DNA of 48,750 nt, the filler included, from an uncultured virus (IMG/VR IMGVR_UViG_2061766007_001580) (taxonomy: Duplodnaviria; Heunggongvirae; Uroviricota; Caudoviricetes). It is 3 parts of one record of this genome, joined end to end, with 100 filler letters (N's around TTAATTAATTAA, not from the genome) between each part and the next. Parts side by side here need not be neighbours in the genome. Positions count along the whole stretch, not along the records: positions 1 to 5,531 come from IMGVR_UViG_2061766007_001580; positions 5,632 to 36,609 come from IMGVR_UViG_2061766007_001580; 1 more part is not named here. One strand, 5' to 3'. Under the pieces are notes generated by a model, which was given only the letters and a program-made list of their open reading frames with translations, had not been told where the DNA came from and made no database searches. A program made the position numbers and the translations under genes. This document shows, piece by piece, positions 1 to 7,216 of this stretch. The first letter of the stretch is position 1; each line of letters begins with the position of its first letter.

Positions 1-279
1 TTTATCATTCAGTGAAAGCGTTGTTTTGATGTGTTTACCCTCCAGAACTAATCCAAGATAATTGTCAAAATAATGCTCATTATCATGTAAATAATGAATA
101 CAATCATAATAATGACTATGCTTAGACTGAAAGGTTGCACAAAGATCGGTGCGATCTTTATCCTCCCAGCTCACAACCAAAAAATCAGTAATGAGATCAA
201 TAGCGATAAAATCACGGCGATCTAAATGTCTCATAATGTTTAAAATCATGATCCAAAGTGCGGTATATTCTTTGTTCAT
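1..279 (-). CDS. hypothetical early-region protein (runs off window edge)
   Basis: Read manually: ATG at 279 with SD GAGGG, open for 93 codons (MNKEYTALWIMILNIMRHLDRRDF...) to position 1; not in the ORF track because no stop is in the window. Confidence 0.7.
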   Translation of the reverse strand, partial: MNKEYTALWIMILNIMRHLDRRDFIAIDLITDFLVVSWEDKDRTDLCATFQSKHSHYYDCIHYLHDNEHYFDNYLGLVLEGKHIKTTLSLNDK

Positions 280-406
280 ATATGTTACCCTCTATTCGTT
301 GAACATGTATATATCATATCATACTGATTTATAATTACAAGTGATTTTTTATGTTTTTTAAAAATTTTTGTCANNNNNNNNNNTAATAATTTAGAATAAG
401 TCATTT

Positions 407-505
407 TTAACCCCCGATAACGTTACAAGAGATCACAACCATAGCACCTAACCAAAGTGCAGGTAACACAAATAATGCACCATAAATACAAATCTTTTCT
501 ATCAT
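407..505 (-). CDS. 32-aa hydrophobic peptide (MIEKICIYGALFVLPALWLGAMVVISCNVIGG)
   Basis: SD GAGGA upstream; one TM-like stretch; its stop is followed by ATG ACT TAT TCT AAA TTA TTA (MTYSKLL), the start of the gene seen at 8482. Confidence 0.6.
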   Translation of the reverse strand: MIEKICIYGALFVLPALWLGAMVVISCNVIGG

Positions 506-603
506 TTTTTTAAATCCTCGCTATTCGTTANNNNNNNNNNGTTTCATTTGTTTTCCCTATTCAGAATACTACTTTTAAATCAAAATACAATAGCGAACGT
601 TTT

Positions 604-699
604 TTCCGCCTTAAAATTGATTTTAGAATTAAATCAGAATCTAAAATCAAAAATCTGAAAATAGAATCCGTTTTCAGTTCTATTTTTTTTAAGGCGGAA
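604..699. repeat. nested inverted-repeat element, variant 1 (variant 2 at 1698-1793)
   Basis: 13-bp outer stem TTCCGCCTTAAAA/TTTTAAGGCGGAA enclosing TTGATTTTAGA/TCTAAAATCAA and AAAATAGAA/TTCTATTTT stems. Confidence 0.75.
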
Positions 700-800
700 T
701 TTAATAGCCCCCTTTAATCGTCTTCTGTAATGTCGGAAACGTCAATATCACGGTCACTACAATAATCTTTNNNNNNNNNNACGCCCGATTCATTATTCCA

Positions 801-891
801 TATACAGCAAACCATACTAACTTACTATGAATTAAATCATATCGGGCTGATAGGAATTAAACCATACTGAATTGATAGGTTTTTAAATAGC
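801..891. repeat. 25-bp-period array of TAKG-N8-CMTA palindromes
   Basis: Full sites at 826-841 and 851-866; half-sites in register at 801-816 and 876. Confidence 0.7.
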
Positions 892-976
892 TTATTCTAT
901 GCGTATTTATGACGTTTAAATTTTTTTCCTTTACCTTTATACCATTTATTCATTTAAACGTCATTATGCACTGTTT

Positions 977-1312
977 TTAAGCCGTTTTAATGTCGTGCCA
1001 TACCCGTATGTCTTCTTGTTTTATCAATTCCATAATATTGTCATAATCAGCAAACAGATCCATTAAATGATCAACGCAAAACTTGAAAGTGCTACAATTA
1101 TGAAAATCATTATAAGAAGTGATTTTTTCTTCAATTTCCCCTTCACAACAAATAACACTTGTTACATTATTGTCAAGATCAAGATCGTCAAGTTCATCCG
1201 CATCGATAATGTAATAGCCGTAATTGCTTATTACAGAACTTGCAAGCCATTCACTTACTTTATTTGAAAAAAGATAGTCTTTTAATGCTTTGATAGCATT
1301 TTCGCTAATCAT
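977..1312 (-). CDS. hypothetical acidic protein
   Basis: 111-aa ORF, SD GGAGG, own consensus promoter at 1337-1365. Confidence 0.8.
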   Translation of the reverse strand: MISENAIKALKDYLFSNKVSEWLASSVISNYGYYIIDADELDDLDLDNNVTSVICCEGEIEEKITSYNDFHNCSTFKFCVDHLMDLFADYDNIMELIKQEDIRVWHDIKTA

Positions 1313-1336
1313 GTTATGCCTCCGATTTATGTATTC

Positions 1337-1365
1337 ATTATACAGTTTTTATTTTAGGTTGTCAA
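1337..1365 (-). promoter_or_regulatory. sigma70 promoter TTGACA-17-TATAAT
   Basis: Perfect consensus hexamers, 17-bp spacer, followed by GAATACAT. Confidence 0.85.
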
Positions 1366-1423
1366 TAACTTTTTAACTTTTTTATGTGGGACTTTCAAGC
1401 CGTCCCACTTTGCTATGTTATTT

Positions 1424-1452
1424 ATTTTACATTATCACGTTCGCACTGTCAA
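1424..1452 (-). promoter_or_regulatory. sigma70 promoter TTGACA-17-TAAAAT
   Basis: Near-consensus, 17-bp spacer, followed by AAATAACAT. Confidence 0.7.
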
Positions 1453-1537
1453 GCCCTCCATATAACAATTTTTATATTTTTAGGTTTAATAGTTCATTTA
1501 CGTATACCCTCCACATGTGCCTCACTGTATGTAATAC

Positions 1538-1566
1538 ATTTTACAGTTTTTAAAAACGTTTGTCAA
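1538..1566 (-). promoter_or_regulatory. sigma70 promoter TTGACA-17-TAAAAT
   Basis: Near-consensus, 17-bp spacer, followed by GTATTACAT. Confidence 0.7.
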
Positions 1567-1697
1567 CAAATATTTTTAAAAACAGTAAAATTTTTTAAAA
1601 CCTTATAAAACCTTAAAAATTAGCTCGCTATTGCATTTTAAACGTTTTCCCTATTCAGAATAGGACTTTTTATTTAAAATACAATAGTGAACGTTTT

Positions 1698-1793
1698 TTC
1701 CGCCTTAAAATTGATTTTAGAATTAAATCAAAATCTAAAATCAAAAATCTGAAAATAGAATCCGTTTTCAGTTCTATTTTTTTTAAGGCGGAA
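1698..1793. repeat. nested inverted-repeat element, variant 2
   Basis: Same multibranch fold as 604-699, directly downstream of the 62-aa gene. Confidence 0.75.
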
Positions 1794-1814
1794 TTTAACA
1801 ACCCCCTTAATTAT

Positions 1815-2003
1815 TTAATCTTCTTCTGTAATGTCGGAAACGTCAATATCACGGTCACTACAATAATCTTTTAAAAAATCAGTGGTAGTGTCTGAATCTA
1901 GATAACGTAATAAATTATCCAAAATATCAGAAGGATCGATGCCGTACTCATCCACTAAACGATCCATAATTTCACATTCAATATCACGGTTTGACTTATA
2001 CAT
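1815..2003 (-). CDS. hypothetical small acidic protein
   Basis: 62-aa ORF, SD GGAG, own promoter; 3' end repeated as a variant at about 715-770. Confidence 0.8.
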   Translation of the reverse strand: MYKSNRDIECEIMDRLVDEYGIDPSDILDNLLRYLDSDTTTDFLKDYCSDRDIDVSDITEED

Positions 2004-2036
2004 AAATTTTTCTCCATATCTCCAAAAGATGTACTC

Positions 2037-2065
2037 ATTATAAACCTATTGAATTTTGTTGTCAA
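2037..2065 (-). promoter_or_regulatory. sigma70 promoter TTGACA-17-TATAAT
   Basis: Perfect consensus, followed by GAGTACAT. Confidence 0.85.
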
Positions 2066-2084
2066 TAGGTTTTTAAAAAATTTT

Positions 2085-2402
2085 TTAATAATCGAATTTT
2101 TCTCTGATTAGTTCTACTGTTTTCTCCCTCACGCTTTCAGGAAAAGAATCTCTGGAATTACAATAAGATAGCACATAATACTCATTGCCAGTTAAATACT
2201 TGGATGCCCTATTTAATACGGACTTGTATTTTCTCAGTTCTACAAAATTGTAATAATTCGCATCACGGCTTTCTTTTCCGCCGTAATTGTAAATATTACA
2301 CTCAATTTCATAATTCAAGTCGGTAATCTTTTCCGTTAACCATACACAAAAACAGAATAAGACATCATGATCAATTTGGGATAATTTTTTAAACGTAATC
2401 AT
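2085..2402 (-). CDS. hypothetical protein
   Basis: ORF track 2085-2423; ATG at 2402 preferred because SD GGAGG lies at 2408-2412. Confidence 0.75.
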   Translation of the reverse strand: MITFKKLSQIDHDVLFCFCVWLTEKITDLNYEIECNIYNYGGKESRDANYYNFVELRKYKSVLNRASKYLTGNEYYVLSYCNSRDSFPESVREKTVELIREKFDY

Positions 2403-2440
2403 AAAAGCCTCCGTACAGGTCACGTCAAATCATGTGATAC

Positions 2441-2558
2441 ATTGTATCAATTCCTTTTCAGCTTGTCAACAAATTTTTTCAATTTTTTTTAAATTTGTTT
2501 TTCAGCCGTTCACATCAGCGAACAATTACATGATACTTCATATCACAAACGATGTCAA
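2441..2558 (-). promoter_or_regulatory. tandem promoters TTGACA-17-TATCAT (2530-2558) and TTGACA-17-TACAAT (2441-2469)
   Basis: Both have 17-bp spacers; homologous to the tandem pair at 5375-5491. Confidence 0.7.
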
Positions 2559-3485
2559 CAAAAATTTTAAAAATTTTTCCGATAAAATTTTCTTGACTTT
2601 TNNNNNNNNNNNNNNNNNNNNNNNNNNNNNNNNNNNNNNNNNNNNNNNNNNNNNNNNNNNNNNNNNNNNNNNNNNNNNNNNNNNNNNNNNNNNNNNNNNN
2701 NNNNNNNNNNNNNNNNNNNNNNNNNNNNNNNNNNNNNNNNNNNNNNNNNNNNNNNNNNNNNNNNNNNNNNNNNNNNNNNNNNNNNNNNNNNNNNNNNNNN
2801 NNNNNNNNNNNNNNNNNNNNNNNNNNNNNNNNNNNNNNNNNNNNNNNNNNNNNNNNNNNNNNNNNNNNNNNNNNNNNNNNNNNNNNNNNNNNNNNNNNNN
2901 NNNNNNNNNNNNNNNNNNNNNNNNNNNNNNNNNNNNNNNNNNNNNNNNNNNNNNNNNNNNNNNNNNNNNNNNNNNNNNNNNNNNNNNNNNNNNNNNNNNN
3001 NNNNNNNNNNNNNNNNNNNNNNNNNNNNNNNNNNNNNNNNNNNNNNNNNNNNNNNNNNNNNNNNNNNNNNNNNNNNNNNNNNNNNNNNNNNNNNNNNNNN
3101 NNNNNNNNNNNNNNNNNNNNNNNNNNNNNNNNNNNNNNNNNNNNNNNNNNNNNNNNNNNNNNNNNNNNNNNNNNNNNNNNNNNNNNNNNNNNNNNNNNNN
3201 NNNNNNNNNNNNNNNNNNNNNNNNNNNNNNNNNNNNNNNNNNNNNNNNNNNNNNNNNNNNNNNNNNNNNNNNNNNNNNNNNNNNNNNNNNNNNNNNNNNN
3301 NNNNNNNNNNNNNNNNNNNNNNNNNNNNNNNNNNNNNNNNNNNNNNNNNNNNNNNNNNNNNNNNNNNNNNNNNNNNNNNNNNNNNNNNNNNNNNNNNNNN
3401 NNNNNNNNNNNNNNNNNNNNNNNNNNNNNNNNNNNNNNNNNNNNNNNNNNNNNNNNNNNNNNNNNNNNNNNAAAACATAAAAGGA

Positions 3486-3797
3486 ATGTTTATGGAAAGA
3501 TATACAGTTACAGATGTGAAAAAAATGATTGAGTTATGCAACGTAATGTCATGTATCACTGAAAACGGATTGAAGTTACGCTACTATTCAAGCTCAGGAT
3601 CTTACAGAGTAGCTTTAGTTTTAAATCAGGAAACAGGATCGGAAAAAGAATTTAAACACGAGTTAAAACACAAGGGCTGTTATTATTCTCTTATGAACTT
3701 TAGGCATCTTGTATGGTTGTTTGAGAAACATACAAAACTCACAAAAGATGATGTTATTGAGATTTTAGATAATTGCGGATTTACATATTCAAGATAG
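3486..3797 (+). CDS. hypothetical protein
   Basis: 103-aa ORF with AAGGA upstream (start may be ATG 3492), followed by a terminator. Confidence 0.75.
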   Translation: MFMERYTVTDVKKMIELCNVMSCITENGLKLRYYSSSGSYRVALVLNQETGSEKEFKHELKHKGCYYSLMNFRHLVWLFEKHTKLTKDDVIEILDNCGFTYSR

Positions 3798-3825
3798 GTA
3801 TTCCACATCATTAAATAACAGGATT

Positions 3826-3863
3826 TGCGGTAAGTATAGCCTCCATTATTTACCGCATTTTTT
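3826..3863 (+). terminator. intrinsic terminator
   Basis: TGCGGTAA/TTACCGCA stem followed by T6. Confidence 0.6.
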
Positions 3864-3874
3864 AAAAATAGATG

Positions 3875-3903
3875 TTGACAAAAGAAAATAAATTGATTAT
3901 AAT
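3875..3903 (+). promoter_or_regulatory. sigma70 promoter TTGACA-17-TATAAT
   Basis: Perfect consensus; no credible ORF for about 750 bp downstream. Confidence 0.85.
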
Positions 3904-3909
3904 ATATCT

Positions 3910-4200
3910 ATCTTGTGACATAAAACGGAATGTTACATGCTGAAAAGCTGTTACAGGTGCTACAGGGTAAAAGTTGTTACATACAGGAAAAGGGAAACGG
4001 ATTTTAAATAAAATAAAAAGTTCAATTCAGATTTACACGGAAAACGGATTTTAAAATCTGAATGAGAAAAAATTCCGAAAACGGATTCTGAAAGTTACAA
4101 ATAATACAGAACAAAAAAACGGATTTTGAATTAAATAAAAAACGGATTTTTAAATGGAAAATCACAAAATAATTACAGTTAAAACAGGTTGATTTTTTGT
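3910..4200 (+). ncRNA. candidate GGA-repeat sRNA (CsrB/RsmZ-like)
   Basis: Ten GGA motifs (7 ACGGA, AGGGA, ATGGA, CAGGA) at 3925-4158 versus one on the other strand; some lie in hairpin loops; starts behind a perfect promoter. Confidence 0.45.
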
Positions 4201-4651
4201 TAAATTAAGGTTGACAAAAAAGTACAAGTTGTGTATGAGCGAGATGCTCAAGTAGACCTGTAATGTAATAAAATCTAAGTAAAACAATGAAAGTTTGTTT
4301 GAGTTTTGCTTTATATGAGTTTTTCCGTGTGTAATAATGCCGTATTACTTGTATTATACATGATTTTATACCCAGCAAGAAAGTGATTGACAAAAGTACT
4401 ATTTTGACAATACTCTGATAATATATTTTTGTCAAGATTAGTATTTTCAATGCCTAGAGAGGTTGACAAGGTATATACGGATTTTTTATACGCAAAAATG
4501 GCAGGAAAAGACCCAAAAATGAAAATTGAAAATCTAAAATACATATAAAAATATACAAGAAGTAATTTTGTTATATATAGAAAATTTAAGTATGGAATAT
4601 TTTGATATTTTTTGTCAATCACTTTAAGGATTTAGTGAGATAGGTGAGATT

Positions 4652-4801
4652 ATGAACGATGTGCTTTTTGAAGTTGTTTGTATGGACTTGATGAAATATT
4701 TAATCGCATTTGTGGTTTTGGTGTGTCTGAGGGTGCAGTATTTGAAGTTTAAAGCGGTTTTAATGCGGAAAGGATTAAAAGGCATTTGTAAAATCGCTTA
4801 A
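4652..4801 (+). CDS. 49-aa membrane peptide (MNDVLFEVVCMDLMKYLIAFVVLVCLRVQYLKFKAVLMRKGLKGICKIA)
   Basis: SD AGGTGA; a second allele at 4859-4971 keeps the frame with conservative changes. Confidence 0.6.
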   Translation: MNDVLFEVVCMDLMKYLIAFVVLVCLRVQYLKFKAVLMRKGLKGICKIA

Positions 4802-5060
4802 AACGGCAAAAAAACGCTCGTGGTNNNNNNNNNNTAATTTAATGAGATAGGTGAAGTTATGAACGATGTGCTTTTTGAAGTTGTTTGTATGGATTTTTGC
4901 AAGTATTTAATTGCATTTATTGTTTTGGTGTGTCTGAGGGTGCAGTATTTGAAGTTTAAAGCGGTTTTAATNNNNNNNNNNTGCGTTTGAGCGAAAAACT
5001 AGGGTATTGACTAGGGAAACGCAACGAAACGCAACTATGAACGATTTTAGGCGGTTTTAA

Positions 5061-5129
5061 GAGAAAAGGGAAAAGAAACGGAAAACAGGAAACAGGAAAC
5101 AGGAAACAGAAAAGACGGAAAGACAGAAA
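5061..5129 (+). repeat. purine-rich (AAACAGG)n-type tandem repeat; variant at 5213-5256
   Basis: AAACGG-AAAACAGG-AAACAGG-AAACAGG-AAACAGA run with no T on the + strand. Confidence 0.8.
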
Positions 5130-5193
5130 ACGTGTGTGCATGTGCGTGTGTGCGTGTGTGCATGTGCGTATGCGTAACGTGTGTGTATGTGTG
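5130..5193. repeat. alternating purine-pyrimidine tract; variant at 5256-5313
   Basis: 47 bp of unbroken RY alternation (5130-5176) plus 17 more after a single-base break. Confidence 0.85.
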
Positions 5194-5374
5194 AATAGCA
5201 CANNNNNNNNNNAACGGAAAAAGGAAACAGAAAAAGGAAACAGGAAAGACAGGAAACGTGTGTGTATGTGTGTGCAGGTGCAGGTGTGTATGTGTGATGC
5301 GTATACGTGCGTGAATAACACATCTGGAGGGAAAAGTCAAGAAAATTTTATCGGAAAAATTTTTAAGATTTTTG

Positions 5375-5491
5375 TTGACATGTTTTGCGGAATTTAGTAT
5401 CATGTAATTGTTCGCTGATTTGAGCGAGTGAAAAACAGTTTGAAAAAAAATTTAAAAAACTGTTGACAAACGGATTTTATAAGCGTATAAT
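5375..5491 (+). promoter_or_regulatory. tandem promoters TTGACA-17-TATCAT (5375-5403) and TTGACA-17-TATAAT (5463-5491)
   Basis: Second promoter is perfect consensus, followed by GGATTACAT. Confidence 0.8.
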
Positions 5492-5575
5492 GGATTACAT
5501 AACGTGAGGGGGCTGAATAGAAAATTTTAAANNNNNNNNNNNNNNNNNNNNNNNNNNNNNNNNNNNNNNNNNNNN

Positions 5576-5587
5576 TTAATTAATTAA
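5576..5587. other. artificial six-frame stop linker
   Basis: TTAATTAATTAA isolated between N runs; identical copy at 36654-36665. Confidence 0.9.
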
Positions 5588-6115
5588 NNNNNNNNNNNNN
5601 NNNNNNNNNNNNNNNNNNNNNNNNNNNNNNNGTCATGATCTGATAACTTTAAAGGCAGTTATTGAAGGTTTTAACGGTTCTAATCTTATTAATGTTACCG
5701 AGCTTTTAAACAGGTTCAAAAAGTCTTCACATTTAAAAGTATCTAACAGTGATCTTTTAACGTACTTTTCTAATCTTGGTGTNNNNNNNNNNNNNNNNNN
5801 NNNNNNNNNNNNNNNNNNNNNNNNNNNNNNNNNNNNNNNNNNNNNNNNNNNNNNNNNNNNNNNNNNNNNNNNNNNNNNNNNNNNNNNNNNNNNNNNNNNN
5901 NNNNNNNNNNNNNNNNNNCCAGTCATACGAGACACCGATCGCTATTGTGGATCATTCCAATGGAAGTATCAGAGTCACGGATAAAAAATATTCGAGAACC
6001 ACATCAAAATATACTAACGTATTTTTAAGTCAGTATAAAAATTATGATGTGTTTTATGTTACTGAAGATGAACTGGAGGATATAATAAGATTATGTATCT
6101 AATTTTTGTTCTAGT

Positions 6116-6181
6116 AATTATTTTTTTCCTACTGTTTTAGTAGGGTTTAATTCATAGCGAGCGAGTAGGTTTTAATCCCTA
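6116..6181. repeat. 25-bp-period TAKG-N8-CMTA array (variants 6812-6852, 6931-6969; second locus 7865-7905)
   Basis: TAGGGTTTAATTCATA at 6141-6156, TAGGTTTTAATCCCTA at 6166-6181, half-site CCTA at 6128-6131 in register. Confidence 0.75.
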
Positions 6182-6199
6182 CTCAATCGCTAGGGTATC

Positions 6200-6239
6200 G
6201 CACTACTTTGGTGCAGAGGGGGTGCACCATTTTGGTGCA
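6200..6239. repeat. pair of GCACYA-YTT-TGGTGCA palindromes, 24-bp period (variants near 6870 and 6988)
   Basis: GCACTACTTTGGTGCA and GCACCATTTTGGTGCA, identical in all three allele copies. Confidence 0.75.
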
Positions 6240-6253
6240 AAACNNNNNNNNNN

Positions 6254-6456
6254 TCAAGATTAAAGAAGTGCCTACAGCTCATTATGATTTAATGACTTTA
6301 AAGGCAGTTATTGAAGGTTTTAACGGTTCTAATCTTATTAATGTTACTGAGCTTTTAGGCAGGTTCAAAAAGTCTTCACGGTTAAAAGTATCTAACAGTG
6401 ATCTTTTAACGTACTTTTCTAATCTTGGTGTAAAGTTCTACACTGATTTGGTATAA
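6254..6456 (+). CDS. early gene A allele, 5' truncated by gap (other alleles 5632-5782, 8482-8733)
   Basis: Shares KIKEVP..DL.TLKAVIEGFNGS..SNSDLLTYFSNLGV with 8482-8733. Confidence 0.7.
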
Positions 6457-6506
6457 ATTGATTATAGGGTATATTTTTTTATACCCTATTTAAGGAGTAA
6501 TACAAG

Positions 6507-6773
6507 ATGATAAAAGTCAAGCCTTTAACCGTGAACAAAAAAGCAGTGAATAATCACTATCTAATTGAGTGTAAAAATTACACTGTTTTTCAGTCCTATG
6601 AAACTGTTATCGCTATTGTGGATAATTCCAGCGGAAATATTAGAGTCGTGGATAAAAAATATTCACGCACCACAACTAAGTATACTAACTTGTTTTTAAG
6701 TCAGTATAAAAATTATGATGTGTTTTTTGTTACTGAAGACGAACTGGAGGATATAATAAGATTATGTATCTAA
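6507..6773 (+). CDS. early gene B allele, small phage protein with FQSYET...YSRTT motifs (other alleles 5919-6102, 8782-9048)
   Basis: 88-aa ORF, SD AAGGAG, frame conserved across three alleles. Confidence 0.85.
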   Translation: MIKVKPLTVNKKAVNNHYLIECKNYTVFQSYETVIAIVDNSSGNIRVVDKKYSRTTTKYTNLFLSQYKNYDVFFVTEDELEDIIRLCI

Positions 6774-7056
6774 TTTTTATGCTAGTAATTATTTTTTTCC
6801 TACTGTTTTAGTATGATTTAATTCATAGCGAGTGAGTATGTTTTAATCCATACTCATTCGCTAGGGTATTGCACTACTTTGGTGCAGAGGGGGTGCACCA
6901 TTTTGGTGCAAAACGGCTCGNNNNNNNNNNTGATTTAATTCATAGCGTGCGAGTAGGTTTTAATCCCTACTCAATCGCTATGGTATCGCACTACTTTGGT
7001 GCAGAGGGGGTGCACCATTTTGGTGCAAAACGGCTCGGCAACATATCGTCAAATTA

Positions 7057-7155
7057 CCCCCTGATCCAAAATTGTTTCCAACGCTTTTCCCCCTGATCCA
7101 AATTTTTTTCCGACACTTTTCCAACACTTTTCCGTAATTTTCCCCCTGATCAAAA
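7057..7155 (+). repeat. three CCCCCTGATC direct repeats plus ACRCTTTTCC repeats
   Basis: Copies at 7057, 7089 and 7142, each containing GATC; C-rich island in non-coding DNA. Confidence 0.75.
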
Positions 7156-7216
7156 ATTCTTTACAGCGTGTAAGACCCGTGATAGAATAGCCGTAACACG
7201 ACATAGCGAGGTGTAT

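Noticed and set aside
3937..4011. 24-aa ORF MLKSCYRCYRVKVVTYRKRETDFK behind promoter 3875
   Set aside because: No convincing SD and built from TACAGG repeats; cannot be fully excluded without Ribo-seq
4956..5403. His/Thr-rich and Cys/Val-rich ORFs
   Set aside because: Translations of the RY and purine repeats, spanning gaps, with no RBS
2441..5491. Large inverted repeat (2441-2601 versus 5332-5491) suggesting an invertible segment or divergent arms
   Set aside because: The copies are diverged alleles on separate contigs, and gene A and the 25-bp array also appear reversed in the left contigs, so scaffold misorientation is more likely; needs long reads
5576..5587. TTAATTAATTAA palindrome (also 36654-36665)
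   Set aside because: Synthetic six-frame stop linker inside N padding
6155..6192. Compensatory change (GAGTAGG/CCTACTC versus GAGTATG/CATACTC) suggesting a conserved RNA hairpin
   Set aside because: Other copies mix TAGG with CATA and TATG with CCTA, better explained by a degenerate palindromic DNA site; an RNA role is not excluded
801..7155. CRISPR-like or mini-CRISPR array
   Set aside because: Repeats are 16 bp with 9-bp linkers or irregular spacing; no 25-40-bp repeat-spacer structure and no cas genes
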